DNA of 64,000 bases, from assembly GCA_963725865.1 (NCBI GenBank), contig CAVSAC010000010.1, positions 160,001-224,000 of the forward strand, read 5' to 3'. A program made the translations under genes and the position numbers. The notes under the pieces were generated by a model. The model had not been told where the DNA came from and did not search any database. It saw nothing but the letters and a program-made list of their open reading frames with translations. Positions 48,581 through 61,358 of this stretch are shown one piece after another. This DNA is from Candidatus Eiseniibacteriota bacterium. Its GTDB lineage: Bacteria > Eisenbacteria > RBG-16-71-46. How positions within the stretch are numbered: position 1 is the first letter of the stretch; each line of letters begins with the position of its first letter.

Positions 48581-49177
48581 CTACTCCTGGCCGAGCCGGA
48601 AGCGCGCGAAGCGACGGACGACGATGTTCTCGCCGGTCTTGGCGATCGCGCCCTGCACCAGGTCCGCGATCTTGACCTTGTCGTCCTTGATGTAGGGCTG
48701 CTCGAGCAGGCAGACCTCGGAGAAGTACTTGTCGAGCTTGCCCTCGACGATCTTGTCGATGATCGCGGCCGGCTTCTTCTGGTCCTCGAGCTGCGCGTGG
48801 TAGATCGCCTTCTCGCGCTCCAGCCGCTCCGCCGGAACCTCGTCGCGGCGCACGAAGTCGGCGCCCGCGGCCGCCACCTGCAGCGCGAGGTTGCGCACCA
48901 ACTCGGCGAACTCCGCCGTGCGGGCGACGAAATCGGTCTCGCAATTGACCTCGATCAGGACGCCGACCCGGTTGCCCGGGTGGATGTAGGACTCGACGAG
49001 GCCCTCGCTGGCGGCACGCTCGGCGCGCTTCTCCGCCTTCGCGGCGCCGGCGCGCCGCAGCGCGTCGACCGCCTTCTCGAAGTCGCCGCCGTTCTCCTGC
49101 AGCGCCTTCTTGCACTCCATCATTCCCACTCCGGTGCGCTCCCGGAGCTGTTTGACCTGGTCCGCGGTGATCGTCAT
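48581..49177 (-). CDS. tsf: Elongation factor Ts (short, 198 aa)
   Basis: [26 protein letters not shown] and GENIVVRRF motifs. Confidence 0.97.
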   Translation of the reverse strand: MTITADQVKQLRERTGVGMMECKKALQENGGDFEKAVDALRRAGAAKAEKRAERAASEGLVESYIHPGNRVGVLIEVNCETDFVARTAEFAELVRNLALQVAAAGADFVRRDEVPAERLEREKAIYHAQLEDQKKPAAIIDKIVEGKLDKYFSEVCLLEQPYIKDDKVKIADLVQGAIAKTGENIVVRRFARFRLGQE

Positions 49178-49262
49178 GGATCTCGGCTCCTCGGCTATGC
49201 GTCGCAGCGCCCGCCCGCGTGGGACCACGGGCGGGCGCCGATGGGTGCGTCGATGGAACGGC

Positions 49263-50033
49263 TCAGGCGCTCGCGGGAGCGGTCGCCGTGCCCTCGGCCT
49301 CGGCCTCCTCGCCACCGAACGACACCGTCTCCTGGCCCGAGCCGTCGCGAGCGGCGGCGTGGGCGTCGATGATGGTGTCCGCGGCGTGATGCGTGAACAG
49401 GCGGATGGCGCGCAGCGCGTCGTCGTTGCCCGGGATCGGATAGTCGATCACGGTCGGATCGCAGTTGGTGTCGACCACGCCCACGATCGGGATCCCCAGA
49501 CGGTTCGCCTCGGCGACCGCGATCTTCTCCTTCTTGGTGTCGACGACGAACAGGATCGAGGGCAGACCCGGCATCTCCTTGATCCCCGAGAAGGCGAACT
49601 CCAGCCGCTCGCGCTCACGCGAGAGCCGCGAGACCTCCTTCTTCGAGAGCTTCTCGAAGGTGCCGTCAGTCGCCATCCGGTCGAGCTCCTTGAGACGGGT
49701 GATGCTCGCCTTGATCGTGCGGAAATTGGTGAGCATGCCGCCGAGCCAGCGCTCGGTCACGTTGAACTGGCCGCAGCGCTTGGACTCCTCGACGATGATG
49801 GGCTTGGCCTGCTTCTTGGTGCCCACGAACAGGACGTGTCCGCCGCCGCGAACCACGCGGTCGATCGCGTTGTTCGCCTCCTGGAGGCACTTGAGCGTGC
49901 GCTGCAGGTCGATGATGTAGATCCCGTTCCGCTCCATGAAGATGAACTTCTTCATCTGCGGGTTCCAGCGGCGCGTCTGATGCCCGAAGTGCACACCCGC
50001 TTCGAGCAGGTCCTTCATGCTGATGTCCGACAC
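49263..50033 (-). CDS. rpsB: 30S ribosomal protein S2
   Basis: [25 protein letters not shown] and PGNDDA motifs. Confidence 0.99.
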   Translation of the reverse strand: MSDISMKDLLEAGVHFGHQTRRWNPQMKKFIFMERNGIYIIDLQRTLKCLQEANNAIDRVVRGGGHVLFVGTKKQAKPIIVEESKRCGQFNVTERWLGGMLTNFRTIKASITRLKELDRMATDGTFEKLSKKEVSRLSRERERLEFAFSGIKEMPGLPSILFVVDTKKEKIAVAEANRLGIPIVGVVDTNCDPTVIDYPIPGNDDALRAIRLFTHHAADTIIDAHAAARDGSGQETVSFGGEEAEAEGTATAPASA

Positions 50034-50046
50034 GACTCCTCCCTTC

Positions 50047-50135
50047 GGGGTTCTTCCTCCGCCCCGGCACCTGGTGCGCGCCTTCCCCCGCGATAGCTCA
50101 CGGGGACCCCGGCGCGCTGGCCGGGACGTGCGTGA
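50047..50135 (-). promoter_or_regulatory. rpsB leader (S2 autoregulatory / t44-like RNA)
   Basis: CACGCACGU...CCGGGGU...GGAGG...AACCCC has the same motif order as the E. coli rpsB leader and sits directly 5' of rpsB. Confidence 0.7.
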
Positions 50136-50159
50136 TGGTGCGGCCGCCGGACGATCGTC

Positions 50160-50555
50160 CTAGCGCTTGCTGAACTGGAAGCGCTTGCGGGCGCCCGGCT
50201 GTCCGTACTTCTTGCGTTCCTTCATGCGCGAGTCCCGCGTCAGCAGGCCCTCGCGCCCCAGGAGCGGACGCAGCGTCTCGTCGGACGTCACGAGCGCACG
50301 CGCGATCGCCTGGCGCAGCGCGCCCGCCTGTCCCGTCAGACCGCCGCCGTGACAGCGCGCGACCACGTTGAACTTGCCGGCCGTGTTCGTCACGGTCAGC
50401 GCGTGGTACGCCTGGGTCACCAGCGTCTCCCGCTTCAGGTAGTCGAACGGGGTGCGGTCGTTGATCGTGTGCTTGCCGTTGCCGGGGACCAGGCGCACGC
50501 GCGCCACCGATTCCTTGCGCCGGCCGGTCCGCGGCTTCTGGGTCTCTGTCGCCAT
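50160..50555 (-). CDS. rpsI: 30S ribosomal protein S9
   Basis: GRRKESVARV, GGGLTGQAGA and ERKKYG...QFSKR motifs. Confidence 0.99.
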   Translation of the reverse strand: MATETQKPRTGRRKESVARVRLVPGNGKHTINDRTPFDYLKRETLVTQAYHALTVTNTAGKFNVVARCHGGGLTGQAGALRQAIARALVTSDETLRPLLGREGLLTRDSRMKERKKYGQPGARKRFQFSKR

Positions 50556-50575
50556 CGTCTCCTCGCGCTGTGGGG

Positions 50576-51007
50576 TCACGCCGGATCCCACGCGCGCGGC
50601 TGCTGCGCCGCGTGCGGGTGCTCCGAGCCCGCGTACACCTTGAGCTTCTTGATCATCGCCCGGCCGAGCTTGGTCTTGGGCAACATGCCTTTCACCGCGC
50701 GCTCGATGATGCGCTCGGGGTGCTTCTCCATGACCTCGGTGAGCTTGGTCCAGCTGATCCCGCCCGGGTACATGCTGTGGCTGAAGATGCGCCGGTTCTC
50801 GAGCTTGCGCCCGGTCATCGCGACCTTCTCCGCGTTGATCACCACGACGTGATCGCCGGTGTCCATGCTGGGCGTGTAGATCGGCTTGTGCTTGCCCCGC
50901 AGCACCGTGGCGATCTGGGTCGCGAGCCGCCCGAGGGTCTTCCCCTCCGCGTCCACCAGCAGCCACTCGCGCTGGATGTCGTCCGGGCGGGCCGTGTAGC
51001 TCTTCAT
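50576..51007 (-). CDS. rplM: 50S ribosomal protein L13
   Basis: LGRLA, LRGKHKP, DTGD, GMLPK and HPHAAQ motifs. Confidence 0.99.
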   Translation of the reverse strand: MKSYTARPDDIQREWLLVDAEGKTLGRLATQIATVLRGKHKPIYTPSMDTGDHVVVINAEKVAMTGRKLENRRIFSHSMYPGGISWTKLTEVMEKHPERIIERAVKGMLPKTKLGRAMIKKLKVYAGSEHPHAAQQPRAWDPA

Positions 51008-51032
51008 GCCTTCCTCCGTCTGCACACGAGAT

Positions 51033-51089
51033 GACGGTCACCCCAGCCCGGCCGCAGGAACCCCGCGCCGGATCGTCTGGAGCACCGTC
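51033..51089 (-). promoter_or_regulatory. Structured rplM 5' leader (putative L13 autoregulatory hairpin)
   Basis: Nested stems GACGGU/ACCGUC, GCUCCAG/CUGGGGU and CCGGC/GCCGG between the promoter and the SD. Confidence 0.45.
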
Positions 51090-51110
51090 GCTATCCGTAA
51101 GAAACGCCGG

Positions 51111-51140
51111 AGACTAGCAACCCCCTCGCGGGGCTGTCAA
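51111..51140 (-). promoter_or_regulatory. Sigma70-type promoter of the rplM-rpsI-rpsB... operon
   Basis: TTGACA-N18-TAGTCT with a TGn extension. Confidence 0.7.
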
Positions 51141-51175
51141 GGTGCGGGGCCCGCGCCGGATGGGTCCCCGCGACC

Positions 51176-51772
51176 TCAGACGAACTCGCGGAGCAGCGCC
51201 CGGAGTCGGGCGAGCGGCAGCCCGACCACGTTGGCGTAATCGCCGTCGATCGCGCGCACGAATTGCGCCGCCACGCCCTGGATCCCATAGGCCCCGGCCT
51301 TGTCGAAGGACTCCCCGAGCGCCACGTACGCGGCGATCTCGGCCTCGGCGAGCCGCACGAATCGCACCCGCGTGCACTCGGCGGCGGTTCGCTGCTCGCC
51401 GTCGCGGACCACCGCGAGGCCGGTCCACACCTCGTGCGTCCGCCCATGGAGGCGCCGCAGCATCTCGATCGCCTGCTCGGCGGTGTCCGGCTTGCCCAAC
51501 CGGCGGCCCCGCACCACCACCACCGTGTCCGCTCCCACCACCACGCTGCCGGGCCGTCCGGCGGCCACCCGGCGCGCCTTGTCGAGCGCGAGCGCCCGGA
51601 CACCGTGACGCGGCTCGGCCTCGCCCGGCCAGCGACGGTCGGGCCCCGGGTCGGCGATCGTGAAGCGCGCTCCCACCTGCCGCAGCAGAGCCACCCGCCG
51701 TGGCGAGGCCGAGGCCAGCACCAGGGGCGACCGCCCCGCGAAGAACACCTGCGCCGCGCTCGCGCGCTTCAT
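51176..51772 (-). CDS. maf: Maf/YhdE-family nucleoside triphosphate pyrophosphatase
   Basis: LASASPRR, GADTVV, LGKP, DKAGAYGIQG and NVVGLP motifs. Confidence 0.95.
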   Translation of the reverse strand: MKRASAAQVFFAGRSPLVLASASPRRVALLRQVGARFTIADPGPDRRWPGEAEPRHGVRALALDKARRVAAGRPGSVVVGADTVVVVRGRRLGKPDTAEQAIEMLRRLHGRTHEVWTGLAVVRDGEQRTAAECTRVRFVRLAEAEIAAYVALGESFDKAGAYGIQGVAAQFVRAIDGDYANVVGLPLARLRALLREFV

Positions 51773-52226
51773 CCGGCCTCCGCGGCGGCGCGCGGACTCT
51801 CGATCAGCAGCGTCACCGGACCGTCGTTCACCAGCTCCACGCGCATGTGGGCGCGGAACACGCCGCGCTCCACCGTCACGCCCTCGGCCTCGAGGGCCGC
51901 GCAGAAGCGCTCCACCAGCGGCTCGGCCTGCTCGGGGCGCGCGGCCTGCACGAAGTCGGGCCGCCGGCCGCGCCGCGCGTCCCCGTAGAGCGTGAACTGC
52001 GGTACCACCAGCACGCCGCCGCCGACCTCGCGGACGTCGCGGTTCATGTGCCCGGCGTCGTCGGCGAACACCCGCAGGCCGGCGACCTTGTGCGCCAGCC
52101 ACTCGGCGTCGATCGGCCCGTCGTCGTGGGTCGCTCCCACCAGCACCACGAGCCCGCTCGCGATCGAGCCGGTGACCCGGCCCTCGACCGTGACGCTGGC
52201 GCCGGCGGCGCGCTGCACCAGGGCCC

Positions 52227-52230
<4 letters not shown>
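51769..52230 (-). CDS. dtd: D-aminoacyl-tRNA deacylase
   Basis: RALVQR, QFTL, GRRP and NDGPVT motifs. Confidence 0.97.
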
Positions 52231-54427
<2,197 letters not shown>

Positions 54428-54431
<4 letters not shown>

Positions 54432-56140
54432 GGCAGTCGCACGTCCTTGATCTTGAGCTGGACGCGCACCTGGTCCATCCATTCGTTGCGCGTCGGCACG
54501 AAGGCCAGGTCGCAGACGCCGCGCTTGCGGATCGCCTCGGCGCGCTCTCCGAGCCCGAAGCCGATCGCCTCCGCGGTCCCGGTGCCGTCGCTGACGCGCA
54601 GCCGCAGGTGCTTGCCGCCCCCCACCACCAGCGCCTCGCGCACCTCGACCTCGCGCGCGCGGAAGAGTGGCTCCGGGTTGCCGAGACCGTGCGGCGAGAG
54701 TCGTTCCAGCCAGTCGATCAGCGCGAGGTCGCACTCGGCGAGCGTGATGTCGCCGTCGAGCTCGTGCCGGGCCACGAAGTCCTCCGGCGCCAGCCGCTCG
54801 CGCACCAGGCGCTCGAAGCGCTCGCGCAGCGCGGGCAGGCGTTCGCGCTTCACCGTCAGTCCGGCCGCCACCGCGTGCCCGCCCCAGCCCTCGAGCAGGT
54901 CCCCGCAGTCCGACAGCACCCGGTTGAGATCGAGCCCCGGCAGGCTGCGCCCCGAGCCGCGCCCGCGGTCGCCGTCCATCTTCACGAGCAGCGTCGGCCG
55001 CCGGTAACGGTCCACGAGCCGCGACGCCACGATGCCGATCACGCCCGCGTGCCAGTGGTCCGACCACAGCAGGATGGACGCGCAGCCGGGCCAGCCCAGC
55101 TCGGTCTCGACGCGCCGCGCGGCCTCCTCGAGCGCGCGCGCGTCCAACTCGCGGCGCTGGCGGTTGTCGTCCTCGAGACTCTCGGCGCAGGCCTCGGCCT
55201 CCTGGCGGTCGCGCGCGTGCAGCAGGCGCACGCCCTGCTCGGGGCGGTCCATGCGGCCCGCCGCGTTGATCCGCGGAGCCAGGACGTACGCCACCTGTCC
55301 GCTGGTGATGCGCTTGCCACCCAGCCCCGAGATCTCCGCGAGCACCTTCAGGCCGATCCGCCCGCCCGCGTTGAGGCACTCCAGACCGAGCCGCGCGAGC
55401 ACCCGATTCTCGCCCACCAGCGGTACGACGTCCGCGATGGTGCCGAGCGCGACCACGTCGAGCCATTCGCGCACCCGCTCCAGACCGCCGCGACCGCGCA
55501 TCAGGGCCTGCACCAGCTTGAACGTCACCCCGACCCCGGCCAGCGACTTGAACGGATACGCACAGCCCGCGCGCTGCGGGTTCACGACCGCGACCGCGTC
55601 GGGCAACACCGCCGGCGGCTCGTGATGGTCGGTGATCACCACGTCGATGCCGCACGCCGTCGCGCGGGCCACCGCCTCGACCGCCGTGACGCCGCAGTCG
55701 ACCGTGACGATCAGCGTGAAGCCGGCTCGCCGCGCCTCGTCGATCGCGCGCTCGGACAGGCCGTAGCCGTCGCGGGTGCGGTGCGGGATGCGATAGTCGA
55801 CCTTGCCTCCCAGCCCGAGCAGCGCGCTGTGGAGCAGGAACGTGGACGTGATCCCGTCGACGTCGTAGTCGCCGTAAACCAGGATGCGCTCGCCGTCCTC
55901 GAGCGCCTGGCGGATCCGCGCCACCGCGCGATCGAGGTCGCGGAGGCTGGACGGGTCGTGGAGGTCGTCGAGCGAGGGGTTGAGGAAGCGCTGGACCGCG
56001 TCCGGGGCCTCGAGACCGCGATTGACGAGCGCGTGCGCGGCCGCGAGCGGCGCGTCGAGTGCGCGCGCCAGCGCGCGTGCCCGGTCCGGATCGTGCCGCG
56101 GGTGCAGTACCCACTGCGGAGTCGTGGAAGGCGCGATCAC
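54428..56140 (-). CDS. recJ: Single-stranded-DNA exonuclease RecJ
   Basis: YGDYDVDG, DGYG, TVDCG, TDHH, GTIAD, PRINAAGR and GGH motifs; start uncertain (56140 or 56185). Confidence 0.97.
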
Positions 56141-56208
56141 GGGCGCTCGCTTCGGGGGGGATGAGAGAAGGGCCGACGCGCCCATACGCGTCGGCCGGGA
56201 CGCGATGC

Positions 56209-56238
56209 ACGCTAACAGCCGCTTTCCGCGAGGGTCAA
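56209..56238 (-). promoter_or_regulatory. Sigma70-type promoter of recJ-rel-dtd-maf
   Basis: TTGACC-N18-TAGCGT with a TGn extension. Confidence 0.6.
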
Positions 56239-56294
56239 GCGCGGCCGCCCAGCACGAGGCCCGGCGAGCATGCCCGCCGGGCCCGTGGCATCAG

Positions 56295-56679
<385 letters not shown>

Positions 56680-56696
<17 letters not shown>

Positions 56697-57114
56697 ATCC
56701 TCGCGCCCGATCGAGCGCCTCGTTCACCAGCGCGTCCGCACGCCCATTGTCCTCGCGCGGCACGCTGGTCCAGCGCACCCGACCGAGCTTCCTCACCGCC
56801 TCCTGCGCCTGCCCGTGAAGCGGCTTGAGACCCGCGTTCTTCACGCGGTACTGCCCCGTCATCTGCCTCACCACCAGCTCGGAGTCCATCGCCACCCGCA
56901 GCGGCCGCGCGCCGTGGCGCATCGCGGCCTCGAGCCCCGCGATCAGCGAGCGATACTCCGCGACGTTGTTGGTCACGTGACCGAGGTACTCGCCGCGCGC
57001 CTCGACCTCGGCGCCGCTCGGATCGCTCAGCACGAACCCGAGCGCGCCGGGGCCGGGATTGCCCCGCGAGCCCCCGTCACAGCGCAACGTCCACTCTCGT
57101 GAGGACGGATGCAT
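56680..57114 (-). CDS. rnhA: Ribonuclease HI (short, archaeal/actinobacterial-like)
   Basis: DGGSRGNPG, TNNVAEY, DSELVV and NGRADALVN motifs. Confidence 0.94.
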
Positions 57115-57120
57115 GCACGC

Positions 57121-57149
57121 ACGATAATCGATGCGGCAAGAGCGCTCAA
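57121..57149 (-). promoter_or_regulatory. Sigma70-type promoter giving a leaderless rnhA(-rnpB) transcript
   Basis: TTGAGC-N17-TATCGT-N6-ATG; no SD. Confidence 0.5.
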
Positions 57150-57190
57150 ACCCGTTGCGCCCGGCGGCCGCGCGCCGCGCTGGGCGCGGC

Positions 57191-59170
57191 TCAGCGGGGC
57201 GCGTCCAGCTCGCGCGCGAGCGCGGCCGCCCGCCCGTCGGAGGCTTCCGGCAGCGCGGCGGCGCGCGCCAGTGCCGCGCTCGCGCCGGCGCGATCCCCGG
57301 ACGCCAGGCACGCGCGCAGGAGCTGGAGCCATCCGTCGTAGTAGCCCGGATCGAGCGCGACCGTCCGCGCGAACGCGAGCCGGGCTCCCGCCGGATCGCC
57401 GCCGAGGCCGCGCGCCATGCCGAGTGCGTACCAGACCGCGGGATCGTCGGGCCGCCTGGGCGCTGCCACCTCGAGCGCCGCCGCTGCCTCGCGCGGAGAT
57501 CCCGACACCAGCAGCAGCTGCCCGGCAAGCGCGAGCGCCTGCGGCTCGCCGGGCTGCTCGGCGCGCAGCGCCGCCACCTCCGCGCGCGCCTCGGCGAGGC
57601 GCCGCAGTCGCAGCAGCGCGGTCGCGCGCAGCAGCCGCGCGTCGCGCAGCCGCGGCACCAGCGCGAGCGTGGAGTCCGCCGACGCCAGCACCGGGGCCCA
57701 CTCGCCGTAGCGATAGTGCAGGGCCGCGCGCGTCAGGTGCAGCAGCGGCACTCGCGGGCCGAGCCGCGCCGCGACCGCGAGCGCCTGCTCGGCCGCCGCG
57801 CGCTGGCCGCGCTGCGCGAGCAGGTCGGCGCCGCCGATCCAGCCCACCGGATCGCGCGGCTGCGCGGCGCGCATGCGCGCGTACAGCGCCGTTTCGTCGT
57901 GCCACGCGCGCTGCAGCGGCACCGCGACCAGGGCGCTGCCCACGACCAGCACGAGCGCGACGCCGAGCGCCGGCCGGCGGGCGCGCGGCGACGCCAGCGC
58001 GCGCGCCAGTCCCAGCGCCGCCAGCCAGGCGACCCCCGCGCTCGCGAGATACAACAGGCGCTCGCCCGTCGTCAGCGCGCGGCCCGCCCATGCCAGCACC
58101 AGGGCCGGAGCCAGCGAAGCCAGCGCGAGCGTGGCCGGCACCAGCGCCGCCGCGCGCCGGGCGGCCAGCACCACCCAGCCGGCGAGCGCGGCCAGCGTGA
58201 GCACCACGCCGAGCGCGACGCGCGGATCCCCACCGCCCGCCGGCAGCACCAGCGCCGCCTCCGGCGCGTGCGCGGCCCACGGCCACAGGAAGCGCGCGAA
58301 GTGCGGCAGCAGCGTCCACGCCGCCGCCGGCCAGCGCGCCGGCGCGGCGGGATCGACGTAGACCGGCAGCCCGCCCGGCTCCGCGATCCGTTCGTGCGCG
58401 ACCAGCCACAGCGCAACGAGCCCGGCGTAGGGCGCGATCCAGACCAGCGCGGAGCGGAGCCGGGTGGCGGCCGTCCGCGTGCGCACCCACTCCGCGGCCG
58501 CGATGAGCGGCACGATCGCGAGCGCGGACTCCTTGCTGAGCAAGGCGAGCGCCGCCGCGCCGAGCGCCAGCGCCCCCGGCCACGCGCGGCCGGCGACCCG
58601 TGCCCGGCGGTCGGCGCCGTAAGCGAGCAGCACCAGCAGCGCGCTCAGCACGTCGGTGCGTCCGACCACCCACGCCACCGCCTCGGCGTGGGCCGGCATC
58701 GTCGCGAACCACAGCGCGCCCGCGAGCGCAGCCGCGCGCGGCATCCCGGCGTGCGCGATCACGAGGAACAGCGCCGCGCTCGCAGCGCCGTGCAGCAGCA
58801 CGTTCGTGAGGTGGAACGCGAGCCGCGCGTCGCCGCCGAGGTGCGCGTCCACCCACAGCGACAGCGTCACCAGTGGCCGCCACAGTCCCGAGCCGGCCCC
58901 GGCGGGCGCCCAGAAGTCCCGCACCAGCAGCGTCCCGAGCCCCGCGCCCCAGTTCGCGATGCCGCCGATCAGCGCGCTGTCGTCGCGCACCAGCCCATTA
59001 CCGAGACTCGGCAGGTAGACCAGGATCGCCGCCGCCGCCGCCACCAGCGCCAACCACCCGTCGCCGAGGCCCGCGCGCGGCGCGGCCGGCGCACCGGGGC
59101 GCGGCGGCTCGGTCCCTTTCCGTGGCGCGGGCGGGGCGGAGCGACGGGCCCCGGGGCGCGTTCGGCTCAC
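57191..59170 (-). CDS. TMTC-like GT-C membrane glycosyltransferase with C-terminal TPRs
   Basis: DD motif after TM1; WRPL, FHLTNVLLH, HAEAVAWVVGR, KES and ERLLYL motifs, then TPRs; GTGA overlap with the patatin stop. Confidence 0.82.
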   Translation of the reverse strand: MSRTRPGARRSAPPAPRKGTEPPRPGAPAAPRAGLGDGWLALVAAAAAILVYLPSLGNGLVRDDSALIGGIANWGAGLGTLLVRDFWAPAGAGSGLWRPLVTLSLWVDAHLGGDARLAFHLTNVLLHGAASAALFLVIAHAGMPRAAALAGALWFATMPAHAEAVAWVVGRTDVLSALLVLLAYGADRRARVAGRAWPGALALGAAALALLSKESALAIVPLIAAAEWVRTRTAATRLRSALVWIAPYAGLVALWLVAHERIAEPGGLPVYVDPAAPARWPAAAWTLLPHFARFLWPWAAHAPEAALVLPAGGGDPRVALGVVLTLAALAGWVVLAARRAAALVPATLALASLAPALVLAWAGRALTTGERLLYLASAGVAWLAALGLARALASPRARRPALGVALVLVVGSALVAVPLQRAWHDETALYARMRAAQPRDPVGWIGGADLLAQRGQRAAAEQALAVAARLGPRVPLLHLTRAALHYRYGEWAPVLASADSTLALVPRLRDARLLRATALLRLRRLAEARAEVAALRAEQPGEPQALALAGQLLLVSGSPREAAAALEVAAPRRPDDPAVWYALGMARGLGGDPAGARLAFARTVALDPGYYDGWLQLLRACLASGDRAGASAALARAAALPEASDGRAAALARELDAPR

Positions 59171-60582
59171 GCGTCCGACCCGGCCGCCGCGGGCTCCACC
59201 CAGCCCGCGCGCTCGAGCGCCGTCCACGCATCGGCCTCGCCGCGCTGCATGAGCTCCTCGGCGATCGCCGGCTCGAATCCGAGCTGGGTCCCCGGGAGGG
59301 GCGCCGCCGGCTCCACCACGCACACCGGGCTGGGTGGCCCGGCAGCCGACCACTCGGACGGCAGCTGGCGCAACTCGGTCTGGAGATCGCGCCAGTTCGC
59401 CACGTCGAGCAGGCGCGCGCCGACCTCGAGGAGATTCGGCCCCTGCCCGCTCGGTACCGGGGCGGCGCTCGGTGACACCAGCACCAGCAGCAGCGCATCG
59501 GCGCCGGCGGCGATCGCCGCGTGCAGCGGCTGGTTCGAGAACAGACCGGCGTCCACGAACTCGCGCCCCTGGATGCGCACCGGCTCGAACACCACCGGGA
59601 TCGCCGAGGACGCCACCGCTGCCTCGATCACCTCGCTCGGGGCACGCAGCACGACGACGTCGCCGAGCGCATCCTCCACGCCGGCCCGAAACTCCGCCGA
59701 CGGCTCGGCGCCGTTGACGAAGTACGCCACGCGCCCGGTGGCCACCTCGCACGCCGTGATGATCAGCGCGGGGTCGGGCCCCATCAACTGCCTGCCGTCG
59801 CCGTCGGCCACCAGACGATCGAGCAGGCGCCGGCGCGCGCCGCTCTGCCACAGCCCGCGTCCGCCGGTCTCGGGCAGCAGCCCCAGCAGCAGCCGTCGCA
59901 CGCGATCGCTCGAAGGCGCGGAGCGGTTGAGGAACCACACCGCGGTGCCCGTCAGCAGCACGACCAGATGAAAGCGGCTCGGCCACGACAGCCCCGCGCC
60001 CATCGCGACGACATAGAGCAGGGCGAGCGCGAGCAGCGCGCGTCCGAACCATCGTTGCGCCACCTCCGGATCGCGCGAGTGCGCCAGCCGCGCGAGCAGG
60101 TCCTCGATCTGCCGCGAGAACACCACGACGCCGAGCGCGATCACCGCGGCGATCTGCCATGCGAGCGTCTCGAGGTAGACGGAGTGCATCTCGTGCGGGA
60201 GCATCGCGCGGCGGTAGAGCCCCGCGAGCCCCAGCTCCGGCAGGTCCGCGAGCGCCAACAGCGCCTCGAGCGCGGCCACGGTCGCCACGAACAGCCCGCC
60301 GATGCGGAGCATCAGCGTGGTCCAGCGCATCCCGACGCTGGCGGGGCGCAGCGTGCGCCACCGCCGCGCAAGGCCCGCTGCCTGAAATCCGTGCGCGATC
60401 CACGCGACCGCGTTGATCGCGCCGACCGAGACGCCGAGCAGCACCTGGGGCCGCAGGCCGGCCGCCTCGAGCGCGCGGAACACGCCGACCTCGTACGCCC
60501 CCAGCGCGCCGCCGCCCGAGAGCACGAGCGCGAGACGACGGAACGGCCAGGTGCGGGTGCGGCGACGCGGGGCCGCGTCCAC
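59167..60582 (-). CDS. Patatin-like phospholipase with inserted transmembrane segments
   Basis: SGGGALG, GVSVG, ASSAIPVVF and DAG motifs; about 4 hydrophobic helices lie between the catalytic Ser and Asp. Confidence 0.88.
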   Translation of the reverse strand: MDAAPRRRTRTWPFRRLALVLSGGGALGAYEVGVFRALEAAGLRPQVLLGVSVGAINAVAWIAHGFQAAGLARRWRTLRPASVGMRWTTLMLRIGGLFVATVAALEALLALADLPELGLAGLYRRAMLPHEMHSVYLETLAWQIAAVIALGVVVFSRQIEDLLARLAHSRDPEVAQRWFGRALLALALLYVVAMGAGLSWPSRFHLVVLLTGTAVWFLNRSAPSSDRVRRLLLGLLPETGGRGLWQSGARRRLLDRLVADGDGRQLMGPDPALIITACEVATGRVAYFVNGAEPSAEFRAGVEDALGDVVVLRAPSEVIEAAVASSAIPVVFEPVRIQGREFVDAGLFSNQPLHAAIAAGADALLLVLVSPSAAPVPSGQGPNLLEVGARLLDVANWRDLQTELRQLPSEWSAAGPPSPVCVVEPAAPLPGTQLGFEPAIAEELMQRGEADAWTALERAGWVEPAAAGSDA

Positions 60583-60595
60583 GGAGGGGCTCCGG

Positions 60596-61309
60596 TCAGG
60601 CCGCGTCGGGCGGCCAGACCACCAGGCGCCCGCAGCCGTCGCACGTCAGCACGCGGTCACCGCGTTTGGCGTCGAGGAGGGCCTGCGGCGGCTGCTTGCG
60701 GAAGCACCCGCCGCACGAGCCGTCGCGGAGCGCGACCACCGCGCGGCCGTCGCGCATCAGGTGGATACGCTCGTAGCGGGTGCGGGTGCCGGACGCCAGG
60801 TGCTGGAGCTGCGCGGCACGTTCGGCGTCGACCGCCGCCAGGCGTTCGCGCAGCGACGTCTCTTCGCCCTCGATCCTCGCCACCCGGGTGGAGACCTCCT
60901 GCTCGGCCAGCTTCAGCGCGCTCTCGGCGAGCGGCCGCTGCGCCGCGGCATGCTCCTCCTCCTCCATCTTGACCAGCACGCTGGTCTCGACGTCGGAGCG
61001 CTGCTGCCGGGTCTGCGTGATCTCGTGGGTGAGCGCCTGGTACTCGGCGTTCGTCTTCACCATGGCCTGCTGGCTGAGGAATTTCCGCTCCTGCTCGCCC
61101 AGGCTCTCGATGTCCTTCTCGAGCGCGCGCCGCGCCTTCTGCAGCTCCGCGAGTCGCGCCTTCACGCTCTCGACCCGGGTGCGCTCCGTCGCCAGCCGCT
61201 GCTCCGCCACCGCGCGCTCCGCGGGGAACCGCTGCAGCTCCGCCCGCAGGACGACGGCCTGCTCGTCGAGCCCGTGCAGGGCCCACAGTCGATCGATCTC
61301 GTCGCTCAT
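60596..61309 (-). CDS. Coiled-coil C4 zinc-ribbon protein (DUF164/HP0958/CT398 family)
   Basis: LWALHGLD, long coiled coil, EYQAL..EI, CGGC...CDGCGRL; AGGAG SD. Confidence 0.92.
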   Translation of the reverse strand: MSDEIDRLWALHGLDEQAVVLRAELQRFPAERAVAEQRLATERTRVESVKARLAELQKARRALEKDIESLGEQERKFLSQQAMVKTNAEYQALTHEITQTRQQRSDVETSVLVKMEEEEHAAAQRPLAESALKLAEQEVSTRVARIEGEETSLRERLAAVDAERAAQLQHLASGTRTRYERIHLMRDGRAVVALRDGSCGGCFRKQPPQALLDAKRGDRVLTCDGCGRLVVWPPDAA

Positions 61310-61330
61310 GGGGCGCTCCTGGAAATGCGA

Positions 61331-61358
61331 ACGGGGACGCCCGGAAGGGCGTCCCCGT
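61331..61358 (-). terminator. Probable terminator downstream of the tRNA pair
   Basis: Perfect 12-bp stem ACGGGGACGCCC/GGGCGUCCCCGU with a 4-nt loop, followed by UCGCAUUU. Confidence 0.6.
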
